A stretch of 64,000 bases of DNA from a virus. How positions within the stretch are numbered: the first letter of the stretch is position 1; every line of letters begins with the position of its first letter. Positions 20,601 to 30,045 of this stretch are shown piece after piece. The stretch lies in IMG/VR virus record IMGVR_UViG_3300025889_000085, positions 34,370-98,369 of that record, one strand, 5' to 3'. The notes under the pieces are model-generated. The model was not told where the DNA came from, made no database searches, and worked only from the letters and a program-made list of their open reading frames with translations. The position numbers and the translations under genes were made by a program.

Positions 20601-23600
20601 TAAATTCTGTAATAGTTTTAAGTCCATTTGCAGAAAGAGCAAAGATCAGAACTAGGAACGCTTTTGTAGAAGCCATAGAAAATAGTTACTATGGTACCAA
20701 AGTAATGGATCAGAACTTTCGTATTCTTGATAATGACACATATACCGTTAGAAGAGATCCACAACAGTTTTATTTAGAAATTGATGACATTAATAATAAC
20801 AACTCTAGACTAATCGGTTATATCGAGTGTAATCTTATCCAAATTGAAAATGTATTGATTTTTAACAATACAACTCAATTTAATGACATTATTTACAATC
20901 CTCAGTCCGGAGAGCGTCAGTATAAACTAAAACTTATTGGACAAAAAACAGGCGAGTGGACAGGAAGTCTTTATGCGCCAGGATACATTTACAATGAGCC
21001 AGGCGTACCCGAATGGAGACAAAATAAAGACTACCTTAAAGGTGACCTCGTTGAATACAAAACCTTTTATTATGCTGCAAAAGAAAATGTGCCCGGATCA
21101 GTAGAATTTAATTTTACTGATTGGAATCCAGTTGATAAAGATGCAATAAAAACAGGTCTTTTAAAGAACTTTAGTTTCAACGCTGGTCAGTTCACTGATT
21201 TTTATGACACTAACAAAGTTAACATCGAGTCAGAAGATGACCAATTGGGTTTCGGATTGATTGGCTTTAGAAGTAGGTCTTATCTAAGCAATTTTGGTGT
21301 TAACGACGCAAGTCAGGTTAAGTTATACCAAGGCTACATTAAGCAAAAAGGAACAAGGAATGCTATTAATTCATTGGCACAAGTAAGTCAGGATCCTTAT
21401 ACACCTACAGTAGGTGTTGATGTAAACGAACAATGGGCATTCAGAGTCGGTAGTTATGGTGCTTTAGAAACTAATCAAGAAGTTGAAATAGTTTTGGATG
21501 AAAGTTATTTCCTAAGCAATCCAACAAGTTTGACCGTAAATCCCAATAACTCGATTACCTACAGTAGTATTTACACACGGCCCGATGACTTATATAGGAC
21601 AACAACTATACCTTTTTCTAGTCCGTTTTTATTAACAAGAACAGACAATACACCTAGAACTGATGACATACTGACTGCTGGATTTCCTAACATAGAAGAT
21701 GTAGACTATACATTATTCAACTTAAATGACCTTAGCACTCTCAACGCTAATATTAACCAGATTGGATCAGGAACAACTATTTGGGCCGCAGTAGACTTTA
21801 ACAAGGACTGGAATGTTTATTATGTTACCAGTATCCATGCTTCTGTAATTGAAATTGGAAATGCACTCAATGGCCGAGTAAGTTGTTTAACAAGTGGATT
21901 TCATAATTTAAGTAAAAATGATGTAATAGTGTTACAAAATGCTGAACAATTTTCAGGATTTTATAAAGTTTTAGAAGTAAATGGATTGAACTCATTTACT
22001 ATTGAAACAGATTTAGATCTTAACGGGTTTAGCGGAGCAAGTGTAGATGCACCAGCCTATAAGTTGCAATCTTTAAGATATGACTATGCAACACAAATTA
22101 ATTCTTGGACTCCAATAGACGGTTGGGCCGTTAATAGTAAAATCTGGATTAACAAGAATACAATAGATAGCGAATGGGGTGTCTACAATAAGACTGAGCC
22201 GTGGAGTGCCAACGTTAGTTTACCACAAAGCCAGTATTTTACAAATGGCTTGTTTGGTTCTAGTTTAAAAATTAGTACAGATAATAATTTTGTAATTGTT
22301 GGACAACCGGGATATAATGGAAATATCGGATCTGCTGTAAACTATAAAAAATCTGGAAGCGGGTCACTAAGTCTTGACAGAACTATTACAGGATCTTCTA
22401 GTAACTTGCGGAGTTTTGGATTTAGTTTAGAAAGCCAAAACAATGTTGTTGCAGTCGGCGCACCAGATTCTGGAACAAACGGAGAAGGTTATACTTACAT
22501 TTACACTAGAGATTTTACAGGAGCATTGGCCTTAAATCAGATACTAAGTGCAAGTAATGTAGACACAAGAAAATTTGGTTACAGTGTTGCAATGAGTTCT
22601 GACTACCAATGGCTCTATGTGGGCGCCCCAGACACTGATCAGGTAATTGTTTACGGCTGGGATTCTTCAGTTGAAGAAGAAGTTGATACATTAACTGGAG
22701 ACGGTAGTACTAGTTTTACGCTGACTTTTGATCCTGCAGGCACCGAACTAGTTACAGTTAGTAACACGACAACAGAGTTTGTTCCTTATAGAGATTTTAC
22801 AGTAAGTACCTTTGGGATTACATTCACTGCTAATACATCGGTCGATACATATGTTGTTAGACAACTCGGCCCTGGCTATAGAGAAATTACTACAATAAGC
22901 GGAACTGCAAACACTAGTTTTGGTTTTAGTGTCGCTACGAGCACAGAAGGAGCACAGGTTGTTGTAGGTGCCCCCACTTCTAATGTAACTGTTGGTAATA
23001 CAAGTCTTCAAAGCGCAGGAACAATTAGTGTTTACGATAGATCTATCGAAAAGTTTGTTGCTATTTCTGGCCAAACAGATTTTGGAGGTGTGCGTAATCC
23101 AGTAAGCATTACCAAAGTATATATAGGAAGTGAACTACAAGTTAATGGTATTGATTACATTTTTTCAGGAGCAATCTGTCAGTTTGTAGTTGCGCCTGGC
23201 GCCGGCAAAATTATTACAATTGAAACAGACGAATTTAATCAAGTTGAAGAAACCGCAGCCGACTCACCACTAGCGGAAAACCAGTTTGGCTATAGTGTTG
23301 ATTTATGTTCTTATAATTGTAGCATTTATGCAGGAGCACCTTATTATAGCAGTAATGAAGCAGCAGGAAAATTTCAAACTGGTGCAGTTTATCGTTTATT
23401 GAATCAAGGACGGATTTACGGTAATATAACTGGCGAGGTACAAAATCCAACAGTAACATCTGCTGACAGCATTAGACTAAATGATTATGAAGTAATTTTT
23501 ACTGGTTCATCGCTCACACAAGTAGTATCTGATATTAATAATAAACAAGTTCCTGGAGTTACTGCTTCTAACGCCAATGGATACCTTAGTATTGTAAGTA

Positions 23601-26600
23601 GCGGAACAATTTCTACTGACAAACTTCGTGTATTACCGGGCACCGGATCTGCACTAACTGATTTAGGATTAGATGTATTCCCGCAAACTGAAATTATTTT
23701 AAACCCAACAAACTTTGCATTTGACCAGTTCGGCCAACGTGTGCTAATAGATAATACCAGCGAAAGACTTGCTATCGGTAGTACAGAAGCGATTACTATT
23801 GCAGACACCACATTTGATCTTGCAACTTTTGAAACAATTTTTGATGCCAATGGCACAAGATTTAAGGATGAAGTGGATTCTGGCGCCGTGTGGATCTTTA
23901 ATTTACTAAGTGATAGTAGAGAAAATATTGACAATCCAAGCCAATTTGCTTACGTTCAACAATTAAAACCAAGTAATATAACATCCCCTGATTTTAATAT
24001 TACTGAAGGCATGAAATTTGGAAGTGCTTTTGATTTACAAAATCAAAAAATCTACGTTGGTGCAAAGAATGAAAGCACATTCGAAACGAACGCAGGCGCA
24101 GTGGCATTATTTGTTAATCCAGATAATTTGTACGGTTGGGATCTGTATAGGTACGAAGAAGCAAAAATTGATACTACAGCCCTTATTAAGAGTTACACAT
24201 ACAGTGCTGAAAATCAGTTAATTATAGATAATTTAGATTTTATTGACCCAGTTAAAGGAAAGATTCTTGGTGTAGCTGAGCAAGATATTACATACAAAGT
24301 TGACTACGATCCAGCAGTTTATAATAATGGAACATTAGATACTGTTAGCATTGACCCTGAATTTTATTGGACAGATAAACGTGTTGGACAAGTTTGGTGG
24401 GATCTGAGCACAGTACGTTTTCTTGATTACGAGCAAGGCTCGGTACTATACAGGACAACAAACTGGGGCAGAGTTTTTCCTGGAAGTAGTATTGATGTCT
24501 ACGAATGGGTAGAGAGTGATTATCCACCGAGTCGTTATGTAGAAACAGGTGGCGACGGCGAGCCTAAGTATCCAGACAACAGTGCTTACACAACAATTTC
24601 ATACGTTGATCCGCAATCTAACACAACTCTAGTTAGGTATTATTACTGGGTTAAAAATAAAACAAATGTAACTGCAAACTTATTTGGTAGGACAATACCT
24701 ACAACTTCTATTGCAGGATACATTAGTGATCCAAAATCTAGTCTTATTCCTTACTACGCAGCAATAAGACCGGATTCTGTGTCTCTTTACAATGTCCAAA
24801 ACAAGACTGTAGGTAGAGACACAATTTTTCATTTAAGTTATAAGACAGCAGACAATACTGCCATAATTCACAGCGAATATGCGCTGGTATCTGAAACTGG
24901 CGGAAATGAGAATTTAATTCCTAATTCTATATATAACAAATTAGTTGACAGTCTTGCAGGATTAGATAAATTTGGAAACCCAGTTCCTGATCCTGCACTT
25001 GGTGTACAAGAACGCTACGGTATTGATATTAGACCAAGGCAGAGCATGTACATTGAAAGAGAATCTGCAGTAAAAACTTTTGTTACTTTTGTTAACAGTG
25101 TGTTTGCCAAGTACTTAATGAGTGAAGGTTATAATTTATCTTTACTTAATGGCAGTGTATTAACAGCAGGCGGTAACGGCGAAACTATTCCCGATTCTAA
25201 TTCTGGGGCCTACAATTTAACTGTAGATACTTACGACGAGCTAACTTATATTAACATCATTATTCAACCAGTTGGCTATAAAGTTCTTGTTTTAAATGAT
25301 AGGACAGTTAGTAACCTTTGGACAATATATACAAAACAGTCCGACAACACGTGGTTGTTAACTGACGTTCAGAGTTATAGAACAAGCGATTATTGGCAGT
25401 ATATAGATTGGTATGCTCCTGGATTTACAGCAAAAACTGTTCCAAATTATACAATCAATACTTTTGCAGATTTATCGACTTTAACACAATTGCGTTCTAA
25501 AGATATTGTAAAAGTTCTAAACAATGGACAGAACCAATGGGTCTTATTGCAAATATTCCCTAACGTTGTAACTACAGTCGGTGTTGAAAATGGTACTATA
25601 AAGTTTTTAGACAGCTTGTGGGACTTACCTAACAACGCTATGAGTTATGACAACGACTTATTTGACGGCGCAAGGTATGACCAAAACCCAAGTTTAGAGA
25701 TAAGGCAATTAATACAAGCAGTCAAACAAGATTTATTTGTAAATGAACTGGGCCCAGACTTCTTAGAATTATTCTTTGCTTTAATTTATAAAGCCTTACA
25801 AGAACAAAAGAGTTTGGATTGGGTCTTTAAGACTAGCCTAGTTGATATTGTACAAAAAATAGACGGTTTAAACCAACCACAAATCTATTTTAAAGATGAC
25901 ACCGATTTTTACTTAGATTATATTGAGGAAGTAAAACCCTATCATACAAAAGTCAGGGAATTCATTGTAGACTATCAAGGCAACGATAATTGGACCGGTT
26001 ATACCACAGACTTTGATGTACCATCATACTACGACCCAGTATTTCAGCAATACAGAAGTCCTACAAGCGACTATGCACAAGATATAAATGCAAGAAACAA
26101 TTTGTTGCAGTACAAAGATTGGAGAGACAACTATCAATACTACATTGAAGAAATTACTGTAGCAAATGGGGGATCAGGATATACAAGTACTCCTAACGTA
26201 ACAGTAACAGGCAGTAATATAGGAAATGATGCAGTAGCAAGGGCATTGATCACTAATGGAGCAGTTACACGCATTGAGGTATTATACCCAGGCTCTAATT
26301 ATGTCTTACAACCCAATATTACAATTTCAGGAGGCAGCGGATCTGGCGCCACAGCATACGCTATAGTAAAAAATGATGTTACTAGAAAACTAAAAACTAC
26401 TTTAGCGTATGATAGAATTACATACGGTTCTGAAGTATTAGTATGGACTGCTAATACATCTTATAGTGCCGGCAACATTATTACCTATTCAAACGTTGCC
26501 TATCAAGCCACGACATCATTTACTTCAGGATCCACATTTAGCGGTACAAACTTAGAACTCTATGATGGAAATAGATTTAGAACTGCCAATGACAGGATTC

Positions 26601-28063
26601 AAAGTTATTACGTAGCCGAAACCGGCCAACCTGGAAAAGATTTTGGACTATTACAGACAGGTATAGACTATCCTGGAGTCGGCGTCGAAGGCCCATTATT
26701 TACTGATGCGGGCGGCTTCGATATTGGAAACTTTGATTCGAGTGCTTTTGATGCTCTGCAAATTGATGCAGACGGTACTTATATTATAAGTGAAACCATA
26801 CTAGATACTACGATTACAAGTGATTATACCGACACTAGTTTAGGAACTAAACCAGAAGATATTCTAGTAGACGGTGGTCCTTACATCAGTGAACAAGTTT
26901 TAGAATGGCAGGCCAATACTTATTATCCCCGAGGTACAGTAATTAAGAATGACGGTGCTTACTACATATCTAATGTAGGAATAACAACAGGTAGTTCTTT
27001 TAGTATAGACAACTTAATGTTATACCCATTAAATCCATACAGTGCATTTGGTTCTCATGCTCCAGAGGAATTAATACCTGGGCGTGTATTTGATACCTTA
27101 GACCTAACAGTATATACACTAGCAGTGGGCGGCACAACTTCCGGGTATCAAACCTGGGTTAATGCAACTGCTTACAGTGTGGCAAACATACAAGTTGTGG
27201 ATGGTGGCCTGGGATATGACAGCAATGTCGCTAACATTTCAGTAATTGTAGAAGGTAGCGGCGGAGCAACAGCCACTGTGGGTAGTGTTGACGCTAATGG
27301 TGCAATTACTTCAATTTCCATTATAACTCCAGGATCAGTTTATAAGTCACAACCGAATGTGACAATTACCGGCGCAAATACTAGTCCGGCACGTGCATTT
27401 GCAAGACTAAGTCAAAGCGATTACACAACATTTGAGTTTAGGATGTTTAAAGATATGAATGACAATTATTCATATTATCGTCTTGATTGTGATGCAACTG
27501 TAACGCTGACCAATGCCTTAACTATTACCAGTAATACAATAAGTGTAAGTGACAGTAGCAAACTAGCAAATCCTGTACCATACGGAGCAAATCCTGGCGT
27601 GATTATAGTTAACGGTGAACGCATAACTTACTATCAAAAAGACGACAGTACAAATACTTTGAGCCAAATTCGCCGCGGAACATGGGGTACAGGAGCAAAT
27701 GCCCATGCAAATGGCAGTGTTGTTACAGATATTAGCATAAGAGAACAAATTCCCTATACTGAGCACAGTTTTGTCTCTAACCTGTCAGGTAATGTGTTAA
27801 CTACAGCCGGAATTGGATACGAATTAATTCCAAGTATCACATACATGCAAAGTACGCTTATATATGCTCGCGGCCAAGGCCCAGAAGACATTGCTACAGA
27901 AGACCCATTTAGCGGCAATACTCCTGCGAACTTACTGATAACAGAAGTAAGTGAAGACGTTATAACAACTTCAGGCGGCGGCGCTCCAACAGCAACCAGT
28001 GAACAGGGTATGTACGTGGGACGTAATGCACAGACTGTGTTCATCCTGGAAGGCGCATGCTAA
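14642..28063 (+). CDS. Giant (4473 aa) baseplate wedge/adhesin protein in the gp7 position, with YHYH-like, FG-GAP beta-propeller-like and CBM-like modules
   Basis: Directly follows gp6; GYAIDGYPIYGPYG and DRFNGRYCVTPDYPNGTYAYF (YHYH-like); repeated FGYSV...VGAP; W-x-x-N-x-x-Y-x-x-G repeats; YIEEVKPYHTK; GGSGY/GGLGY repeats. Confidence 0.7.
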   Translation: MAITKTLPFLPSVFQTETNDKFLSTTLDQLVTEPNLVPINGYVGRKFTPGWSGIESYVREPSGVRADYQLEPTTVVKNAADADSVEFYNTYPELLQKIQELGGNVADQDRLFTSQFYTYDPKIDYDKFVNYSQYYWLPAGPDSVTVSATNIATSRTYYVYPEDNINVYRFSSESNVGNPDIIVVREGTYQFVVNQPGKKFYIQTEPGLSGRQTNNNNLSSREIEGVTNNGDDVGTITFNVPISTAQDNFLNATNVADVGFVTNLKYSQIDQQLLSTVAALGGIDGVTANTLLDGQSLVFGTYYSDSADWDSGSGPVSAGLRYGVWDITLTPSGGDYLISLSSGTAIPTGNKVTILSGLNYGNTEWYKNTSGYLSQVPVITAPFDTLYYQDSEDAEQYGRIQILSAVTKTIDVNTDIIGRKNYISPNKITFTNGLKIKFDNTVTPEVYRNNEYYVEGVGDSITLTPVEWLSVFYSSSQENFSPVVRFVGTTTYANLNQSRTQLSIESNVDPYTANISTDYASSGENRNNIFSSNLSFQFPYRGGFNTVGDNADNLFRTGTIGMSLVGIPFYGPTNEAYIEGKNATSWHYNSPYVKINGQDTYGGYPDSNGIYHYNDSTFITANAWGNVAGLGSNLYVETDGHSTLLGYAIDGYPIYGPYGYSNPMDKDSGAVLMVSSYQADDGASYRPLSKLVTVTANNTSGSNITLNSTFELEPGMRLTFSSNASITTPDEYWIVAAGQQSSVGLPNNNLGLNQIQLNKDLIIYANTDIQFGFPSGSFIEDYTYQEGLGSLDRFNGRYCVTPDYPNGTYAYFSTQDTTGVPTYPYFVGQNFYGSLDISDINQLTEPDYITIDRSSRDQNPWSRRNRWFHKEVLAQTASYNGTSLISLDTYQRAQRPIVEFIPNLQLTNFGNLALIPVDIFDTTITQPFSAVEGVTGIFLDGVRIVDGMRIIFANDIDPLTRNRIYVVRYVDQDGIPSTAPILTLKLIVAYDGIPDPGETVSVLNGVSNGGKSYWFNGGQWVEGQVKTGLNVAPLFDIFDEDGNSFTDRDIYPSVNTATTFDGTKLFSYREGTGTDDSVLGFPLSYRSLNNQGDIEFVNNFDVDTFGYTTDGVTEVIKNISLGYIHRNNVDGTTTKLTCWNTVVENTKQYQIFSYEFDGINNDFSFDIAPSQNTAIPNLQVLVNFKNLQQTQYQVEVRPNNQRSISINNNLLKSGDKIDIKVYSTQVSSLGYFQVPDNLNFNVQNEVVSYPTLGQIRNHVGKLVRSSTQFIGGYPGTSNLQDLNLTAYPGEILQQSSPISYASMFLVDKDFNFVNSIYNAQQEYTRFKNKFLSIATSTNQIDYNDPVSGVNYILKEINKVKNDTFPWFYSDMVPYGDNVNVISYTVFDQLQTNYEITTTFSLSTLSNQAILVYLNGVQLLNGYDYTFLASGPGIALSSNLSRSVGDTLKIYEYRNTDGNYIPETPTKLGLYPKFKPELVADSTYRTPIYVIVGHDGSRTPAFNDFRDTYLLELEKRIYNNIKQEYNEDQLSIYNSMPGKFRTNDYSLTTYNRIISRSFLYWAGQNKVDYSTNTTYNSEDPFTWNYRTAKDSDGVFLPGSWRACYEYFYDTVRPHTNPWEMLGFSERPDWWVSTYGPAPYTSGNTILWTDLKNGYIAGGSRQGYDTTFARSTLLSIIPVDAQGNLRSPIEILTNNYDISNMDENWSVGNWGPGEYAWRTSSDWPYAQQIVMALTKPAQYFALGIQKNKYVYSSVINQYTVTDTNYRLTPSDVDINGDQDADGSIIRSAGYLNWINDYQVSNGVLTKTKLNRYLHDYKINLAYRMASFSDKKLLKVLADQNSPSSVNSSVIIPDEDYELILGKSTPLSKIKYSAVVIKKVATGFEINGYDRSNPVFNIVAPNIDNESDVITVLDRQVQYFTKFRNYRLTIPYGTVLTTIQDVANFIAGYERFLLLQGFSFDYFDEDLGQIRNWQLSTKEFIFWTQQGWPVNSVIVLSPFAERAKIRTRNAFVEAIENSYYGTKVMDQNFRILDNDTYTVRRDPQQFYLEIDDINNNNSRLIGYIECNLIQIENVLIFNNTTQFNDIIYNPQSGERQYKLKLIGQKTGEWTGSLYAPGYIYNEPGVPEWRQNKDYLKGDLVEYKTFYYAAKENVPGSVEFNFTDWNPVDKDAIKTGLLKNFSFNAGQFTDFYDTNKVNIESEDDQLGFGLIGFRSRSYLSNFGVNDASQVKLYQGYIKQKGTRNAINSLAQVSQDPYTPTVGVDVNEQWAFRVGSYGALETNQEVEIVLDESYFLSNPTSLTVNPNNSITYSSIYTRPDDLYRTTTIPFSSPFLLTRTDNTPRTDDILTAGFPNIEDVDYTLFNLNDLSTLNANINQIGSGTTIWAAVDFNKDWNVYYVTSIHASVIEIGNALNGRVSCLTSGFHNLSKNDVIVLQNAEQFSGFYKVLEVNGLNSFTIETDLDLNGFSGASVDAPAYKLQSLRYDYATQINSWTPIDGWAVNSKIWINKNTIDSEWGVYNKTEPWSANVSLPQSQYFTNGLFGSSLKISTDNNFVIVGQPGYNGNIGSAVNYKKSGSGSLSLDRTITGSSSNLRSFGFSLESQNNVVAVGAPDSGTNGEGYTYIYTRDFTGALALNQILSASNVDTRKFGYSVAMSSDYQWLYVGAPDTDQVIVYGWDSSVEEEVDTLTGDGSTSFTLTFDPAGTELVTVSNTTTEFVPYRDFTVSTFGITFTANTSVDTYVVRQLGPGYREITTISGTANTSFGFSVATSTEGAQVVVGAPTSNVTVGNTSLQSAGTISVYDRSIEKFVAISGQTDFGGVRNPVSITKVYIGSELQVNGIDYIFSGAICQFVVAPGAGKIITIETDEFNQVEETAADSPLAENQFGYSVDLCSYNCSIYAGAPYYSSNEAAGKFQTGAVYRLLNQGRIYGNITGEVQNPTVTSADSIRLNDYEVIFTGSSLTQVVSDINNKQVPGVTASNANGYLSIVSSGTISTDKLRVLPGTGSALTDLGLDVFPQTEIILNPTNFAFDQFGQRVLIDNTSERLAIGSTEAITIADTTFDLATFETIFDANGTRFKDEVDSGAVWIFNLLSDSRENIDNPSQFAYVQQLKPSNITSPDFNITEGMKFGSAFDLQNQKIYVGAKNESTFETNAGAVALFVNPDNLYGWDLYRYEEAKIDTTALIKSYTYSAENQLIIDNLDFIDPVKGKILGVAEQDITYKVDYDPAVYNNGTLDTVSIDPEFYWTDKRVGQVWWDLSTVRFLDYEQGSVLYRTTNWGRVFPGSSIDVYEWVESDYPPSRYVETGGDGEPKYPDNSAYTTISYVDPQSNTTLVRYYYWVKNKTNVTANLFGRTIPTTSIAGYISDPKSSLIPYYAAIRPDSVSLYNVQNKTVGRDTIFHLSYKTADNTAIIHSEYALVSETGGNENLIPNSIYNKLVDSLAGLDKFGNPVPDPALGVQERYGIDIRPRQSMYIERESAVKTFVTFVNSVFAKYLMSEGYNLSLLNGSVLTAGGNGETIPDSNSGAYNLTVDTYDELTYINIIIQPVGYKVLVLNDRTVSNLWTIYTKQSDNTWLLTDVQSYRTSDYWQYIDWYAPGFTAKTVPNYTINTFADLSTLTQLRSKDIVKVLNNGQNQWVLLQIFPNVVTTVGVENGTIKFLDSLWDLPNNAMSYDNDLFDGARYDQNPSLEIRQLIQAVKQDLFVNELGPDFLELFFALIYKALQEQKSLDWVFKTSLVDIVQKIDGLNQPQIYFKDDTDFYLDYIEEVKPYHTKVREFIVDYQGNDNWTGYTTDFDVPSYYDPVFQQYRSPTSDYAQDINARNNLLQYKDWRDNYQYYIEEITVANGGSGYTSTPNVTVTGSNIGNDAVARALITNGAVTRIEVLYPGSNYVLQPNITISGGSGSGATAYAIVKNDVTRKLKTTLAYDRITYGSEVLVWTANTSYSAGNIITYSNVAYQATTSFTSGSTFSGTNLELYDGNRFRTANDRIQSYYVAETGQPGKDFGLLQTGIDYPGVGVEGPLFTDAGGFDIGNFDSSAFDALQIDADGTYIISETILDTTITSDYTDTSLGTKPEDILVDGGPYISEQVLEWQANTYYPRGTVIKNDGAYYISNVGITTGSSFSIDNLMLYPLNPYSAFGSHAPEELIPGRVFDTLDLTVYTLAVGGTTSGYQTWVNATAYSVANIQVVDGGLGYDSNVANISVIVEGSGGATATVGSVDANGAITSISIITPGSVYKSQPNVTITGANTSPARAFARLSQSDYTTFEFRMFKDMNDNYSYYRLDCDATVTLTNALTITSNTISVSDSSKLANPVPYGANPGVIIVNGERITYYQKDDSTNTLSQIRRGTWGTGANAHANGSVVTDISIREQIPYTEHSFVSNLSGNVLTTAGIGYELIPSITYMQSTLIYARGQGPEDIATEDPFSGNTPANLLITEVSEDVITTSGGGAPTATSEQGMYVGRNAQTVFILEGAC

Positions 28064-28070
28064 AAAACAC

Positions 28071-28078
28071 TATAAATA
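28071..28078 (+). promoter_or_regulatory. Late promoter, exact T4 consensus TATAAATA
   Basis: Exact match upstream of the tail-fibre gene. Confidence 0.7.
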
Positions 28079-28096
28079 TATGAACGGTATACAAAA

Positions 28097-29884
28097 ATGG
28101 CAGTAAAAATTTCAGAATTACCTAGTTTAGGATCAGCAAGTTTAAACACGTATGAAAGCGTAGTTCCTGTTGTAGCGAATACAGGGTCAGAAAATGTCAC
28201 CTATAACACTACAATGGCCAATGTTAAAATTTTTGTTGAACAAGGCGATTTTGACGCAACTGGCAACATCAGTTTCCTTAATGGTAATATCATCGACGGA
28301 GCATTGACGCTAACTGGGGGTATAACTTCTGGAGGAGATATATCTGCCGGTAATGCTTCGCTTACCTCTGTTACCACTACAGGAGCAAGCCAAATTGGCT
28401 CCAACTTAGTTGTTCTTGGAAACCTAGTAGTTTCGGGCAACGTAGATTATGTGGGTGTAAACAATGTTATTACCAGCGATAACATCTTAGAGTTACACGT
28501 TGCCAATACTGCCAACATCAGTGAGCCTTGGACTTTTGATGATGGCAAGGACATCGGCATTCGCTTTCACTGGTATAGCTCACAGAATGAAAACGCTGCA
28601 CTAGTTTTTAGTCATGACGAACGTTATTTAGAATGGTATGACAGCGGTTCACTTGGTACAGATACTTTTACTGGTAACAGTTATGGTACATTTAAAGCAG
28701 GCGGTATTATCTTAGCTAACGTTACTCCTACAACCGGTAACGGAACAGGCACACTACAAAGCCATGGAGGTGCTTCTGTTACAGGTAACCTGTGGGTAGG
28801 TGGTTGGGGAAATATTGTTGGAAGAATTGATACTCAAGGTAATATCACTACAACTGGAAATATAAATGCATCCAGCGGTGATCTTAGACTGAACGGCGCA
28901 AATGTTATTAGTGGCGCTGCAACATTTACTGGAAATATCGATACTACAGGCAACCTAACATTCTTTAATGGTAATATTGTAAACGGTAAAATGATTCTTA
29001 CAAATATTACAGGCGGCGTTTACACAACAGGAAATATCTTTACAGATGCTAGAATGTCAACTGGCAATCTGGGAGTAAATTCGTATATTACCGTTGGAAC
29101 AACAGCAGTGGTAGGTGCTAATGCAACTGTAAATCAACTTACAGTAAATAGCACAGCAACCGTTGGTAGTACGCTAGGAGTAACTGGCAATATCAGAACT
29201 GGTGCTGGTGCTACTGTTGTTGGTAGTGCAACAGTTGGTACTACTTTCTATGTTGGCGGTGCAGCGTTATTTAATTCAACAATACAAGGCGCCAGCATAC
29301 AAAACACTCCAATTGGAACAGTAACTCACGCATCCGGTAAGTTTACTACTTTAACAACTACAAGTGATAACCTACTAGGGGGTGACTTACAGGTTACTGG
29401 TAATATAACACCGACTGCAAATGCAACTTACGATATAGGAAATGTTACTTACAGATGGGCTAATATTTGGGCATCAGGAACTGTAACTGCCAATGCAACA
29501 TATGCATTATACGCTGACTTGGCTGAGATGTATGTACCGGATCAATATTACGATCCAGGTACAGTAGTTGTGTTTGGTGGCGAGCAAGAAATTACAGTTA
29601 CTGACCAGCAAGGTGATACTAGAGTTGCAGGCGCTATTTCTACACAGCCTGCTTATGTTATGAACGAAGCGCAAGAAAACGGCGTGCCGCTTGCTCTCCG
29701 AGGCAAAGTTCCAGTCAAAGTAGTAGGTTCAGTGAACAAAGGCGATTTATTAATTACTAGCAACAGTGCAGGTTACGCCACTGCTGCTAAATGGTACAAG
29801 CCAGATTCCAATGCAGTTTTTGCTAAGAGTTTAGAGCGGGATGATAGCGAAGGACCAAGAGTAATATGGGCAGTTATACTATGA
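28097..29884 (+). CDS. Tail fibre/spike protein with C-terminal intramolecular-chaperone-like domain
   Basis: G/T/N/V-rich beta repeats; C-terminal YADLAEMY...GTVVVFGG...ALRGKVPVKVVG.VNKGDLL. Confidence 0.75.
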   Translation: MAVKISELPSLGSASLNTYESVVPVVANTGSENVTYNTTMANVKIFVEQGDFDATGNISFLNGNIIDGALTLTGGITSGGDISAGNASLTSVTTTGASQIGSNLVVLGNLVVSGNVDYVGVNNVITSDNILELHVANTANISEPWTFDDGKDIGIRFHWYSSQNENAALVFSHDERYLEWYDSGSLGTDTFTGNSYGTFKAGGIILANVTPTTGNGTGTLQSHGGASVTGNLWVGGWGNIVGRIDTQGNITTTGNINASSGDLRLNGANVISGAATFTGNIDTTGNLTFFNGNIVNGKMILTNITGGVYTTGNIFTDARMSTGNLGVNSYITVGTTAVVGANATVNQLTVNSTATVGSTLGVTGNIRTGAGATVVGSATVGTTFYVGGAALFNSTIQGASIQNTPIGTVTHASGKFTTLTTTSDNLLGGDLQVTGNITPTANATYDIGNVTYRWANIWASGTVTANATYALYADLAEMYVPDQYYDPGTVVVFGGEQEITVTDQQGDTRVAGAISTQPAYVMNEAQENGVPLALRGKVPVKVVGSVNKGDLLITSNSAGYATAAKWYKPDSNAVFAKSLERDDSEGPRVIWAVIL

Positions 29885-30045
29885 TAAATAACAATACAGA
29901 TTCTACTGAGTTTATATCTGACGAGCCGGAACCCAAAAGAGTCAGCGAAGAACGCCCAAATGAATCAACAGGAATCTATGTTCGTGGTTTTTTAAAAATT
30001 ACAGACCCCGAAACTGGCAAAGTAATTGTAGAAACAGGAAGTTAA
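29881..30045 (+). CDS. Small (54 aa) protein absent from the ORF track
   Basis: MINNNTDSTEFISDEPEPKRVSEERPNESTGIYVRGFLKITDPETGKVIVETGS*; ATGA and TAATG overlaps with both neighbours. Confidence 0.7.
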   Translation: MINNNTDSTEFISDEPEPKRVSEERPNESTGIYVRGFLKITDPETGKVIVETGS

